Virus record (IMG/VR): IMGVR_UViG_3300030102_007128
Reading direction: 5' to 3' (one strand)
DNA: 64,000 bases
Origin: an uncultured virus (IMG/VR IMGVR_UViG_3300030102_007128)
Taxonomy: Duplodnaviria; Heunggongvirae; Uroviricota; Caudoviricetes
Below, piece by piece: positions 23,431-33,604 of the stretch (its first letter is position 1; each line of letters begins with the position of its first letter). The notes under the pieces were generated by a model. That model worked only from the letters and a program-made list of their open reading frames with translations. It was not told the origin of the DNA and made no database searches. Position numbers and translations under genes: made by a program.

Positions 23431-23868
23431 GTGAAAAACGCACACTCCGTAGAATTAATAAATCTGTTAATGAAAGCCATTAACGAGAAAGGTGTCGAAA
23501 AAACAAAAAAAATTTTACAAAAAGGAATTGAAGATGGTTATGAAACAGGAGATAGGTTGATGTCTTTCATAATCAAAACCACCTGTAAAAACTTCGTAAT
23601 ATCAGAGAGTGAATTGTTTTTAGGCAGAAGTCGAAGAAACGGAACACGAACTAAAGCCAGAGCATTATTAATATATATGTTCTATAAACATATGGATTTA
23701 AGTCAGGCTAAAATATCAAAAATATTTAATATAAATAAGGCTACAATATCAAGAGATATTAAATATATGGAATCTCTAAATGTAAAGTTTTCAGAAGAAA
23801 AAAAACAATTAAAACTTAAAGATAAAATCAACAAAGAAATACAAGAATTTGTAGAAAATAATAAATAA
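23431..23868 (+). CDS. DnaA C-terminal-like HTH DNA-binding protein
   Basis: IIKTTCKNFVISESELF..SR.....ARALLIY....MDLSQAKISKIFNINKATISR matches the Bac_DnaA_C pattern. Confidence 0.7.
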   Translation: MKNAHSVELINLLMKAINEKGVEKTKKILQKGIEDGYETGDRLMSFIIKTTCKNFVISESELFLGRSRRNGTRTKARALLIYMFYKHMDLSQAKISKIFNINKATISRDIKYMESLNVKFSEEKKQLKLKDKINKEIQEFVENNK

Positions 23869-23869
23869 T

Positions 23870-25003
23870 ATGTCAGAAGAAAGTAACACACCAGATTATT
23901 CTCAATTATCAACACCAGATAATTTTAACCCATTTGATGAGCCGGTAGTAGAAAGAGAATACACAAAACCTCAAGTATCTTATGACCCTAATACGATACA
24001 AGGAATACCAGAGCCTACTTATCAACAGCCTAATTTAGATGAATTAGAAGATGAGGATTACGAAGATGAGGCTCCAAAAGAAAAGCCTAAAAAAGGGTTC
24101 GGTAGTGATGACCCTTTTGTGAATAATGATTTACAAGATTATAGTAGTAAAGAAAAAGATGAAGCATCTGCTCAACTTGTTGATACTTTTTTAGACGGAT
24201 ATAAAGTTGCTCACACCATCGCAGGAAGATATTTCACTCTTTCTGAAGAAGAAATAGTAAAAAAGGCAATCAAAGGAGAGTTAAATCCTGATATGAGAAT
24301 ACCTATTTCTCAAACTCAAACTATTTCGGTTAGAGAGTTTATTGGCGAGTTTAACAATCAAGTAAACGAAGTTTTAGTTGTTGATGATGAGTTTGTTGAA
24401 AAAGTAAGACCTGTAATGATTAGAGTGTTCTCTAAAAGAGGTTACGGTATGTCAGATGAGCAATATTTAATGTTTGCTTTTGGTAAAGATATTGTTCAGA
24501 AAGGTGCTCAATTATACACTTTCAAAAAATCATTAACACAATCACTTAAAATGATGACTGAAATGTATAATCAACAGGTTCAGGCAGCCTATAATACACA
24601 GGCGCCACCACCACCTCCTCCGAGTTCAGGACCGTCACCTGAGCCTAATCCAGGTCAAGAACCACAAGGACCGCCACCAACACAAGATGTTAATACAACA
24701 CAAGAAGTTATGGAGGCTATAAAGAAAAATCAAGAAATGAATATGAATGAGGAGGAAGATAATAGAATAATGGAGCGAGAAGAAATGATGACAAACCCTA
24801 CTATGCACGAACAAATGGAAGATGAAATATCAGTAAAACCAAAAAGAAGAAGAGGTAGACCCAAAAAGAAAATGAGAGTTGCTCCCACAGAAATAGATGA
24901 AAAAGAAAAACCTACAATTATAGAAGTTTCACCTAATGAAAATGAAATGGACTTAAATGTTGGGTTTGATATTGAAGACGCTAAAGAAACAGAAGAAAAA
25001 TAA
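23870..25003 (+). CDS. Acidic/Pro-rich hypothetical protein
   Basis: 377-aa ORF with a PPPPP tract and a KPKRRRGRPKKK basic (AT-hook-like) patch. Confidence 0.75.
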   Translation: MSEESNTPDYSQLSTPDNFNPFDEPVVEREYTKPQVSYDPNTIQGIPEPTYQQPNLDELEDEDYEDEAPKEKPKKGFGSDDPFVNNDLQDYSSKEKDEASAQLVDTFLDGYKVAHTIAGRYFTLSEEEIVKKAIKGELNPDMRIPISQTQTISVREFIGEFNNQVNEVLVVDDEFVEKVRPVMIRVFSKRGYGMSDEQYLMFAFGKDIVQKGAQLYTFKKSLTQSLKMMTEMYNQQVQAAYNTQAPPPPPPSSGPSPEPNPGQEPQGPPPTQDVNTTQEVMEAIKKNQEMNMNEEEDNRIMEREEMMTNPTMHEQMEDEISVKPKRRRGRPKKKMRVAPTEIDEKEKPTIIEVSPNENEMDLNVGFDIEDAKETEEK

Positions 25004-25034
25004 TTAAAATAAATATTAACCAAAAATAGATAAA

Positions 25035-25241
25035 ATGAAAACATTTGTAATTATCTTTTTGACACTTTTATTCTTAACTACTTTAGTTTGTTATTTTGCT
25101 CAATGCAAAGAAGATAAATGCACTAAAAAATCTAAGGATAAAAGAGCAGAGGGTATCAAAAGGGCTCAAAAAAATCTTCATCCTGTCATTAACAGAAATG
25201 TTGATAGAGATAGTAGAGGTAGATTTTGTAAGAAAAGATAG
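25035..25241 (+). CDS. Small N-terminally anchored basic protein
   Basis: Hydrophobic N-terminus; ends RDSRGRFCKKR. Confidence 0.55.
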   Translation: MKTFVIIFLTLLFLTTLVCYFAQCKEDKCTKKSKDKRAEGIKRAQKNLHPVINRNVDRDSRGRFCKKR

Positions 25242-25244
25242 AAT

Positions 25245-25952
25245 ATGAAAAGCAGGATGCCGAGGGTTCTTGTTTGTGGTCCTCAATCTGATGTGAAAAA
25301 ATATTGTTTTGATGAGTGGGCAGAAAATGTAAATAATTTTACTTATCCTAATTATGATGTTTTTTTAGCAGATAATTCTTTAACAAAAGATTTTAGTGAG
25401 TATATAAAAACAAAAGGGTTTAAGTGTATTAATATTACCAATGAAGAAAACAAGGACTCTGTATTGAAAAGAGTGGCTATGAGCCACGAACTTTGTAGAA
25501 AATATGCAGAGAAGAATAATTATCAATACATTCTTCATTTAGAAACTGATGTTTTTCCACCTATTGACATAATAGAGCAACTTTTATTCGAAGGTAAATC
25601 TATCATAGGTGCGGTGTATCAATTAAGTGATGATGATAGTAGAACGCCAATGTTAAACAGAATTTCATCTAATCTTGATGAATATAGAGTGGCTATGTAT
25701 GGAGGATATAATAACTTTATGATAAAAGGCAAGCCTACCCAAACATTATCCGCAGGTTTAGGTTGTGTTTTGATAAAAAGAAAAATATTTACAAAGTTTA
25801 ATTTTAGACACATAGAAGGAGCAAGTTGGTTTCCTGATGTGGTTTGGATAAATGATTTGTATAGGGCAGGAATACCGTATTACGCTCATACAGGTATAAT
25901 TTGCAGACATAAAAATTCATTTTGGGGTGTTTTTGGAAAAGATTATAAATAA
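25245..25952 (+). CDS. GT-A fold glycosyltransferase
   Basis: YDVFLADNS, ILHLETDVFPP (xD motif) and AGLGCVLIKR. Confidence 0.7.
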   Translation: MKSRMPRVLVCGPQSDVKKYCFDEWAENVNNFTYPNYDVFLADNSLTKDFSEYIKTKGFKCINITNEENKDSVLKRVAMSHELCRKYAEKNNYQYILHLETDVFPPIDIIEQLLFEGKSIIGAVYQLSDDDSRTPMLNRISSNLDEYRVAMYGGYNNFMIKGKPTQTLSAGLGCVLIKRKIFTKFNFRHIEGASWFPDVVWINDLYRAGIPYYAHTGIICRHKNSFWGVFGKDYK

Positions 25953-25958
25953 CAAAAA

Positions 25959-26864
25959 ATGAAAATAGATTATATAATACCTACAATTGGCAGACCAGAA
26001 ATAGAGAGAACTAAACAATCTATTTTTGATGAAAGAATAAATCACAATATATTAATATGTGATACTGAAAATTCAGCAGGTGAAAACAGAAATAAATGTT
26101 TAGAAAAAGTAAAAGATAGTGATTGGATAGTTTTTGTAGATGATGATGATTATTTAGTTAAAGGACATAGTAAAGAGTTGGATAAGAATTACGATTGTGT
26201 TGTTTTAAGAATGAAAAAAGAATATGAAGATGTAATTATACCAAGATACAACGACAATGAGTTAAGAAGTGGAAATATAGGTATCAACTTTGCATTAAAT
26301 ACAAAATTTTATCTAAAACATAAATTTTTATTTGATAGTAATGGTAATGAAGAAGATTGGAGATTTTTTGCAAGAGTTTTTCTAACAACCAAAAAAATTA
26401 AAATAACAGATGATATATATTATATCGCACCTAAAGGAAATTATAACAAAATGACAAATTCAGATTTCAAACAAAACATAACAAATATTTCAAAAGGAGA
26501 TAGAGATAAATATTTTCAACTACCTCAAAACATAAAAGAACACTCTAAAAGTAAAGGTTTTGACAAAACAATGAGTGGTATCAAAAGAAGATTAGAAGAG
26601 CAGTTAGAAATAAGAAAAGAGTATGTTCAATTATTAGAAAATAAACAGAAAGCGTATGAAGATTATTTAAGTAAGCCTAATGAAGAAACAAAAAAAGAAC
26701 TCTTTTATAGAACCGCCGCAGTAGATAAACATAATTTAGATATTGAGATAACAGCACAAAAAAATGTGTTTTTAGACACTTACATATATTATAAAGAAGA
26801 TTTCTTAAAGAGATATGAAAATGATAAAGGAAAAAAACAGAGTGTTTTTATAAAAAATAAATAA
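25959..26864 (+). CDS. GT2-family glycosyltransferase with helical C-terminal extension
   Basis: IIPTIGR, AGENRN, WIVFVDDDD and EEDWRF. Confidence 0.75.
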   Translation: MKIDYIIPTIGRPEIERTKQSIFDERINHNILICDTENSAGENRNKCLEKVKDSDWIVFVDDDDYLVKGHSKELDKNYDCVVLRMKKEYEDVIIPRYNDNELRSGNIGINFALNTKFYLKHKFLFDSNGNEEDWRFFARVFLTTKKIKITDDIYYIAPKGNYNKMTNSDFKQNITNISKGDRDKYFQLPQNIKEHSKSKGFDKTMSGIKRRLEEQLEIRKEYVQLLENKQKAYEDYLSKPNEETKKELFYRTAAVDKHNLDIEITAQKNVFLDTYIYYKEDFLKRYENDKGKKQSVFIKNK

Positions 26865-27832
26865 TGAAAAAAGCACTTATAACAGGAGTAACGGGTATGG
26901 ATGGAAGTCATCTTACTGACTTTTTACTTGAAAAAAACTATAAAGTTTATGGTATGGAAAGAAGGTCATCTTCTAAAAACAGGACCAACACTAAAACTTT
27001 TCAAGATAATTCTAATTTCAAGTTTGTTAATGGAGACCTTTCTGACCAAAATTCATTACTTCGTGTTATTAGAGAGTGTCAGCCTGATGAAATATACAAT
27101 TTAGGAGCGCAATCTTTTGTTGGAGAAAGTTGGAACACGCCTGAAAACACAGGCAACATTACAGGTTTAGGTGTTTTAAGAATGTTAGAGGCTATAAGAG
27201 AATACGGAGAGCCTGTTAAATTTTATCAAGCATCTACTTCAGAAATGTTTGGTAAAATGAGTGGTGTGGCTGATGAAAAAACAATATTTTATCCAAGAAG
27301 CCCGTATGGAGTTGCAAAACTTTATGGGCATTGGATTACAAAGAATTATAGAGAATCCTATAATATGTTCAATGTTTCAGGAATACTTTTTAATCACGAA
27401 AGCGAAAGAAGAGGTGTTGAATTTGTAAGTAGAAAAATAACTGATGGTGTTGCGAGAATATATTTAGGATTAGATACTCATATAACATTAGGAAATCTTG
27501 ACACCCACAGAGATTGGGGTTATTCGCCTGACTATGTATCTTCTATGTGGATGATGCTTCAACAAGAAAAACCAGAAGATTTTGTCATATCAACAGGAAA
27601 GACATATAGTTTATGTGAGTTTATCGAGATAGCGTTTTCTCAAATACAAATTAAAGATTGGAGAAAATATATAAAACAAGATGAAAAATATATGAGGCCT
27701 GCAGAAGTAGATTACTTAAAAGGCAACTCGAATAAAGCAAAAGATGTTCTCGGTTGGGAGCCTAAAACAAATTTTGAAAATATGATTAAAAAAATGGTTG
27801 ATAATGATATAGAACGACTAAAAAATGAATAA
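26864..27832 (+). CDS. gmd: GDP-mannose 4,6-dehydratase
   Basis: KKALITGVTGMDGSHL, PDEIYNLGAQSFV, FYQASTSEMFG, YPRSPYGVAK, GILFNHESERRG, RDWGY and RPAEVD. Confidence 0.95.
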   Translation: MKKALITGVTGMDGSHLTDFLLEKNYKVYGMERRSSSKNRTNTKTFQDNSNFKFVNGDLSDQNSLLRVIRECQPDEIYNLGAQSFVGESWNTPENTGNITGLGVLRMLEAIREYGEPVKFYQASTSEMFGKMSGVADEKTIFYPRSPYGVAKLYGHWITKNYRESYNMFNVSGILFNHESERRGVEFVSRKITDGVARIYLGLDTHITLGNLDTHRDWGYSPDYVSSMWMMLQQEKPEDFVISTGKTYSLCEFIEIAFSQIQIKDWRKYIKQDEKYMRPAEVDYLKGNSNKAKDVLGWEPKTNFENMIKKMVDNDIERLKNE

Positions 27833-28601
27833 TAAACCTAAAATATATGATTGTTTTTTATTTTATAATGAATTAGAATTGTTAGAAATAAGATTAAACA
27901 TTCTAAATGATTTTGTAGATAAATTTGTTTTGTTGGAATCTACCAAAACATTTAACAATAATGAAAAAAAATTGTATTATCAAAACAACAAAGATAAATA
28001 CAAAAAGTTTCAAGATAAAATCATACACATTATTTTAGATGAACATCCTCCTTTTACAAAAGGTTGGGATTATGAAAGATATCAAAGAAATTGTATCATA
28101 AAAGGTTTAGATGAGGCTGAAGATGATGATGTTATCATTTTATCAGATTTAGATGAAATACCTAATCCAAATTTGCTAAAACAAATTTATAAGTTACCAG
28201 GAATAAAAGTATTAAAATTACCTACATTTTATTATTACCTAAATCTTTTAACTAATGATATTGCGATGTGTAGCAGGATATTTACAAAAAAACACTTGAA
28301 TAAATTGACAATGCAAGAAATAAGAACTCAAGGAGATACATTATATGTGAAAGACACAGGATGGCACTTTTCTTTTATTGGAGATGAAAATTTTATAAAA
28401 AACAAAATAGAAAACTTTTCACATCAAGAGTTTAACACCAAAGAGGTTAAAAATAATATAAAAAATAATATAAATAAAGGTGTGGATATTTTTAGTAGAA
28501 AAGGCTTCAAAACTAAATTTGTTAATATGTCAAACAATTTTCCTAAATATATTTTAGATAATTTAGAAAAGTATAAACACTTAATAAAACAAAAAAAATG
28601 A
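27825..28601 (+). CDS. GT17-family N-acetylglucosaminyltransferase-like protein
   Basis: IYDCFLFYNELELLEIRL, ERYQRN, ILSDLDEIP, GWHFSF and FSHQE. Confidence 0.85.
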   Translation: MNNKPKIYDCFLFYNELELLEIRLNILNDFVDKFVLLESTKTFNNNEKKLYYQNNKDKYKKFQDKIIHIILDEHPPFTKGWDYERYQRNCIIKGLDEAEDDDVIILSDLDEIPNPNLLKQIYKLPGIKVLKLPTFYYYLNLLTNDIAMCSRIFTKKHLNKLTMQEIRTQGDTLYVKDTGWHFSFIGDENFIKNKIENFSHQEFNTKEVKNNIKNNINKGVDIFSRKGFKTKFVNMSNNFPKYILDNLEKYKHLIKQKK

Positions 28602-29419
28602 GAGAACCAAAATTAGGTATGGCCGTAGGCAAAAAAGGTATTGGTAAAACTTATCAAACCAAAATGCTTTTAGAAAGTTATGTTTATGGTAATCCTGAAA
28701 AAGGAGTAAAACCAAGAAAGGTTCTTATATTAGATGTTAATGATGAGTTTGAAGATTACAAAGCAATATCAATGAATGATTTAGTAAAATTTTCTGTTAT
28801 GCCTCACGCAGAAATTAGAAGAGTAAGACCTTTTGATGAAACGACAGGGGTTAGATTAACTCTAAATGAAATCGCAGATTGTTTGTGGAATATACTACAT
28901 TATTTTAGAGGTGGTATGCTTTTAATTGAAGATATTAACAAATATGTGTCTGACTTTTTGCCTAATGATTTAGTAGGCGCAATTTGTTCAAATAGACATA
29001 CTGATTTAGATATAATTATGCACTTTCAAAGTATTGGAAGAATTACAACCAAAATATGGCAAAACGCTAATTGGTTAAGATTTCATAAAAATTCTGATAG
29101 TGTAGAAAGACACAGAAACAAATTTCCTGACAAATATCAATTATTTAGTATAGCCGAAAACATTGTAAATAGTCAATATTTTAATGATAATCCACGATAC
29201 TTTATATATATAGATTTAGATGAAGAAAAAATTAGAGGTAAAATAACACCTCAAATGAGAGAGAACGCCATTGATGATTATTTATCTAAAAATTATAATT
29301 CGATAGTAAAACCTGCTATTAACAAAAAGAATTTAAGAGATGGTAGTAAGATAAATAAAGAAGAGGCTATTATAGAAGTTAGAGAAAGATTGAAAAAACA
29401 ATATTTTGTAATTGATTAA
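28598..29419 (+). CDS. A32/FtsK-HerA-type ATPase, putative genome packaging ATPase
   Basis: Walker A GKKGIGKT, ILDVNDEF, Walker B LLIEDIN, then NRH and MHFQS (Arg/His and Gln motifs). It is 273 aa with no nuclease domain. Confidence 0.7.
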   Translation: MREPKLGMAVGKKGIGKTYQTKMLLESYVYGNPEKGVKPRKVLILDVNDEFEDYKAISMNDLVKFSVMPHAEIRRVRPFDETTGVRLTLNEIADCLWNILHYFRGGMLLIEDINKYVSDFLPNDLVGAICSNRHTDLDIIMHFQSIGRITTKIWQNANWLRFHKNSDSVERHRNKFPDKYQLFSIAENIVNSQYFNDNPRYFIYIDLDEEKIRGKITPQMRENAIDDYLSKNYNSIVKPAINKKNLRDGSKINKEEAIIEVRERLKKQYFVID

Positions 29420-29420
29420 T

Positions 29421-30884
29421 ATGAAAAGATACGATTTAATAAACGCATTAATAAAAAAACACAACTACAAAAATTATCTTGAAATTGGAGTGAGAGATAA
29501 TAGGTGTTTTGACAAAATTAAGATAAAAGACAAAAGTGGTGTTGACCCTATGCAAGATGAGTGGGAAATAGAAAAAGGCAAAGCCACAGGTTGGGATAGT
29601 TCAAAAGTTCCCGTTAAATACCGAATGACATCTGACGAGTATTTTGAAAATTACAATATAAAATATGATATTATTTTTATTGACGGTTTACACGAAAACG
29701 AACAAGTTTATCGAGATATTCAAAATTCATTAAATTGTCTTAATGAAGGAGGAACTATACTAATGCACGATTGTTTACCTGAAAAAGAAGAGCATCAAGA
29801 AATTCCGAGAAAATCTAATTATTGGAATGGAGATGTTTGGAAAGCGTATGTTCGTGTTAGAAATGAGAGAAAAGATGTTGAAATGTGTGTGGTTGATACA
29901 GATACAGGTGTAGGAATTATAAAAATATTAAATAAAGAAAATTACCTTTCAGAACCTGCTGTCAAAGGAAAATTGATTTTAGATTGGAATAACTATGTAG
30001 AAAACAAAGAAGAATGGATGAATATAGTATCTACTGATTATATAACATTATATATAGGTGAAGAATATTTTGAAAATAAAAGGGTTCAGACATTTTTACA
30101 TTCAGGAGGTTTAGGAGATGTAATATGGTCTTTGCCTTTTGTTATAGCAAACAAAGGAGGAGATATGTATTTAAGAAATCATAGTGTTATAAGTGCTACT
30201 AATATGCAGTTCAAAGGTTTGTTCAGAATATTAACAACTCAACCGTATATAAGAAAAGTAATAAAATATCCTATAAATTACGCAAATAAAGACATTGATG
30301 TTCATACAGGAGTTCTAAACCATCCTGACAAAGTAAGATATAGTCCTGATATAGAAATAGACATAGATTTAGATTTTTTTAGATTATCACCATTTCTAAA
30401 TAAAGAACATTTACTTACATCATATTTTACTGCGTTCAAATTGGCACCTCAAAATTTACCTATACCTTTTTTGAAGTTAGATGAAAGTTTTGATTTCAAA
30501 AACAAAGAATTGAACAAAAAAGTTGAAATACCAAAAATTAAATATAATGTTTTTCATATTACTCAAAGACATAGATGCGATTTTGATTGGAAAAAATTAA
30601 TACAAGAACAATCAGAGCCTAATTATTTTATAGGACTTAAAGAAGAGTATGATGAAATAATTAAAGATTACAAGGTTAAAGATAATTTAATATATTATGG
30701 TCACAAAGTAAAAGATGTTTACGATATGGCTATTATGATAAATCACGCAGAAAATATTTTTTGTAATCCTTCTGTTGTTCATTGTTTGGCAGTTGGCTTA
30801 AACTTGCCATATAATTTAGTTGTTCATCCTGATTTCGACGCTGTAAAAACATTTCTGCCAATAGAAACGATAGTTAATAAATAA
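29421..30884 (+). CDS. Class I SAM methyltransferase (Methyltransf_24-like) fused to a GT-B/GT9-like domain
   Basis: YLEIGV, YDIIFIDGLH and GGTILMHD in the N half; HSGGLGDVIWSLP begins the second domain. Confidence 0.7.
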   Translation: MKRYDLINALIKKHNYKNYLEIGVRDNRCFDKIKIKDKSGVDPMQDEWEIEKGKATGWDSSKVPVKYRMTSDEYFENYNIKYDIIFIDGLHENEQVYRDIQNSLNCLNEGGTILMHDCLPEKEEHQEIPRKSNYWNGDVWKAYVRVRNERKDVEMCVVDTDTGVGIIKILNKENYLSEPAVKGKLILDWNNYVENKEEWMNIVSTDYITLYIGEEYFENKRVQTFLHSGGLGDVIWSLPFVIANKGGDMYLRNHSVISATNMQFKGLFRILTTQPYIRKVIKYPINYANKDIDVHTGVLNHPDKVRYSPDIEIDIDLDFFRLSPFLNKEHLLTSYFTAFKLAPQNLPIPFLKLDESFDFKNKELNKKVEIPKIKYNVFHITQRHRCDFDWKKLIQEQSEPNYFIGLKEEYDEIIKDYKVKDNLIYYGHKVKDVYDMAIMINHAENIFCNPSVVHCLAVGLNLPYNLVVHPDFDAVKTFLPIETIVNK

Positions 30885-30891
30885 ATTTTTA

Positions 30892-30899
30892 TAATTTTG
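30892..30899 (+). promoter_or_regulatory. Possible TAnnTTTG -7 element
   Basis: TAATTTTG just before ATG 30904, which would give a near-leaderless mRNA. Confidence 0.35.
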
Positions 30900-30903
30900 T
30901 CAA

Positions 30904-31131
30904 ATGAAAAAAAACATAGGCTTTATTGTTGGTGCGACTACTTTTGCTCTTTTTATGACAGAAGCAGTTATTCATTTTAATATGGGTCAAAACTATAAAA
31001 AACATAAAAACGAAAAAACATCAGCCTTTGAATTGCCTAATCAAGATGAATTAATAAAACTTTCTTTAATAGTAGGAACTTTTTCTGTCTTGAATGGATA
31101 TCTTGTAAACAAAATAAAAGAAAGTTTATAA
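30904..31131 (+). CDS. Small two-helix membrane protein
   Basis: Two hydrophobic segments; EAVIHFNMG. Confidence 0.65.
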   Translation: MKKNIGFIVGATTFALFMTEAVIHFNMGQNYKKHKNEKTSAFELPNQDELIKLSLIVGTFSVLNGYLVNKIKESL

Positions 31132-31255
31132 AATCAACATAACTTAAACATATTTTTTTGTAAAATCAGATATATAGTTAGTTTTTTTTACAAAATAAAC
31201 AAATCCCGTTTAAGATATATTTTTCAAAATAATTTAATACCTCTTATGTATAATC

Positions 31256-31263
31256 TAAATTTG
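31256..31263 (+). promoter_or_regulatory. TAnnTTTG -7 element heading the putative structural operon
   Basis: TAAATTTG in the AT-rich intergenic region 31132-31314. Confidence 0.5.
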
Positions 31264-31314
31264 TCGTGTTAAAAATGGCTGGCGCTGTTTAATTATTAAA
31301 AAATCTTTAGTAAG

Positions 31315-31449
31315 ATGATAGAAGGCAAAAAAAATAAAGGAATGCTTATGAGTGCTTTTATGGTTGCTTTGGCTGTTGCAGGAGGAATCCTGTTGGCTGA
31401 TGTGGCTAAAAAGAACTTAATGGGTGGTTCTAAAGAGCAAGACATATAA
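31315..31449 (+). CDS. 44-aa membrane peptide (not in ORF track)
   Basis: MIEGKKNKGMLMSAFMVALAVAGGILLADVAKKNLMGGSKEQDI. Confidence 0.6.
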   Translation: MIEGKKNKGMLMSAFMVALAVAGGILLADVAKKNLMGGSKEQDI

Positions 31450-31619
31450 TTAGAGAATAAATCCTACGGGTTTCTCACTCGAAAAATTCCACTCCTGGTT
31501 GAGCCAACGCTCCTGGTCGAGATACGAATAATAGAGTAAAGTAATTATATAAAAGTTTAAGTTGAGAACAAAGAGTATTAAGTAAAGTTATTAACCGACA
31601 AAAAAACAGATTAGAAAAA

Positions 31620-32348
31620 ATGGATAATTTAGACCAATATTTCTCTGATGCAGAAGAAAACATCTCAAATGAGTATATGTCAGCAAATGGCGTAAACGAT
31701 TGGGATGACGCTTTTGATTTCGGTGGTAATGAAGAAGAGTATTATAACGCAAATGGCGCAAGTGCCGTAGATGCTTCAGCATCACAGCCTTACATCATTT
31801 CTTTATATAACTCATCAGGTGGTGGTACTGACTTAAGTAATATCGAAGTGGGGAATGCTTATTCCGCAATCGCTCTTACTTCTGGAAATATCTCTACTAC
31901 GGCAGGTATCAAGTATTCTATGGGTATCACAGGTGTTACCTATTTAGAGTGGCTATGGCAAACTACTACAAAACCTTTTGTAGTTGGTTTAACATATTTA
32001 CAATCTGATACTTCGGCTCAAGTTCTTCAAACTATCGTTGTAAAAGTAGTTGATGCTAACGGTAACCAACAACAGAAAACTCTTGTACCTACAATCGACC
32101 CTTACCAAAATCAATCAGACATTACGGTATTGAAACATACTTATAAGTTTGATGGATTTACTTCACTTACGGTGAATGAAATCACAAATGGTAAGACCCT
32201 TAAAGTTTACTTATTCCCAAGTGAAACTGCTACTATTGGTAGAAGTTTAACTGGAAGTTCGATAGCGAGAGGGTATTCTAACCCGAATGTAGTTAGACAA
32301 GATAAAATTGTTCTTGGTCAAGGCGTTGCACGAGCATTGAGAGGCTAA
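31620..32348 (+). CDS. Putative major capsid protein (beta-rich, jelly-roll candidate) with acidic N-terminal leader
   Basis: T/S/V/Y-rich beta pattern. 10 of 15 Ile codons are ATC, whereas ATA/ATT dominate elsewhere. It has its own terminator and lies near the ATPase at the head of the membrane-protein cluster. The fold is inferred. Confidence 0.5.
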   Translation: MDNLDQYFSDAEENISNEYMSANGVNDWDDAFDFGGNEEEYYNANGASAVDASASQPYIISLYNSSGGGTDLSNIEVGNAYSAIALTSGNISTTAGIKYSMGITGVTYLEWLWQTTTKPFVVGLTYLQSDTSAQVLQTIVVKVVDANGNQQQKTLVPTIDPYQNQSDITVLKHTYKFDGFTSLTVNEITNGKTLKVYLFPSETATIGRSLTGSSIARGYSNPNVVRQDKIVLGQGVARALRG

Positions 32349-32378
32349 TTATAGCCTTAAAGAGATTTTAGATTAAAT

Positions 32379-32424
32379 GGGGGTTAGACATTAGCAAAGG
32401 CTTATGTTTTTACCCCCTTTTTTT
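32379..32424 (+). terminator. Intrinsic terminator after the capsid candidate
   Basis: GGGGGT...ACCCCC stem with inner AGACAT/ATGTTT and AGC/GCT pairing, followed by T7. Confidence 0.75.
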
Positions 32425-32442
32425 AACATTAAAAAGAAATAA

Positions 32443-32934
32443 ATGACATTATACGATTATATAGCATCTAAAAACCCATATCAAGCCAATGATTTATTGA
32501 GTGAATATGGTTTTCAAGAAAGTGATAGTATATCTACAATCGCTTCAAGATTAAAAATGATTGTCAGAAAATATAAAAAAATAGGACTTCAAGAATTATA
32601 TAAAATACACCCTGATATCAAGTTATTTGATAGTTTTGGTAAAAGTAATGAAGTCGAGATGAATTTCGTAAATGCAACAGGAAGAACACCTGAATTTATC
32701 AATCCTGACCAAGTAGATGAGCCAATACCATCGAGTTCAGAAAATACTTTCACACAAGAACGATTTGATGAGTTGAAAAGAATACAAAAAGACGCTCTTA
32801 AAGAAGTTATCAGAATGAAGAGAGATATGAAAAGAAGAAGGATGAACAATATGAATAGCAATCAAATGAATATGAACAATATGTTAATGTTAGGTATAGT
32901 GTTTGCTATTGGATATATGATAGGTAAAAAATAA
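32443..32934 (+). CDS. C-terminally anchored membrane protein
   Basis: FVNATG motif, coiled coil, C-terminal TM followed by KK. Confidence 0.7.
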   Translation: MTLYDYIASKNPYQANDLLSEYGFQESDSISTIASRLKMIVRKYKKIGLQELYKIHPDIKLFDSFGKSNEVEMNFVNATGRTPEFINPDQVDEPIPSSSENTFTQERFDELKRIQKDALKEVIRMKRDMKRRRMNNMNSNQMNMNNMLMLGIVFAIGYMIGKK

Positions 32935-32936
32935 TT

Positions 32937-33590
32937 ATGATTTTTGAGAGCCATAAACTATTTGAAAATATAAAAAATATGAGAGGAACTAACGATATGA
33001 GTATTTCAAGAGAACTAATTTTGTCAGAATTGAGTAAAATTATTATGTCAAGACCAACAGAAGTTAGAAGAGTTCTAATTAATTGCGGTGTTGCGATAAA
33101 CGAAAGACCTTCAAAAGTAGAATTAGTTAAAAAGGTCAATTATAATATAGCACAAAGTAAGTGTTTAAGAGATAATTTAGGACAAATGATTGCCGACAAT
33201 CAAATACCTTTTGGAAACGAAGAGTATATGAACGCAGAAGGTGGTCAGACAGGAAGTAATTTTGGTCAGAATTGGGGTTCAACAATAGGTAATATTATTG
33301 GAACAGGTTTTGGTATATGGCAAACAGGACAGAGTAGAAAAGAAGGTCAATCACAAAGAGCCCACGAAATGGAGTTGGCAAGATTGAATACGGAAACTAT
33401 GTTAAAACAGATGGAACTTCAACAGCAGTTGTCAGGTATGCAAAATGTTCAACAGGCTGGAACAGGAGGTGGAAGCAATATGATTACTATATTATTAGTA
33501 TTGGGGGCTGTTGCAGTTATTGGTTTTGCCATTTATGCGAGTAGAAAAAAGGCTCCAGCAACGGTTACAACAGCACCAGTGTCTAACTAA
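32937..33590 (+). CDS. Membrane protein (helical N-domain, YMNAEG, amphipathic segment, coil, AG-TM)
   Basis: Architecture read from the translation. Confidence 0.7.
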   Translation: MIFESHKLFENIKNMRGTNDMSISRELILSELSKIIMSRPTEVRRVLINCGVAINERPSKVELVKKVNYNIAQSKCLRDNLGQMIADNQIPFGNEEYMNAEGGQTGSNFGQNWGSTIGNIIGTGFGIWQTGQSRKEGQSQRAHEMELARLNTETMLKQMELQQQLSGMQNVQQAGTGGGSNMITILLVLGAVAVIGFAIYASRKKAPATVTTAPVSN

Positions 33591-33604
33591 TCGTTCTTTG
33601 AAAT

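Noticed and set aside
32342..32357. AGGCTA-ATTA-TAGCCT hairpin over the capsid-candidate stop codon
   Set aside because: It is a short stem with no U tract, and the stronger terminator lies just downstream. It is too weak to call on its own.
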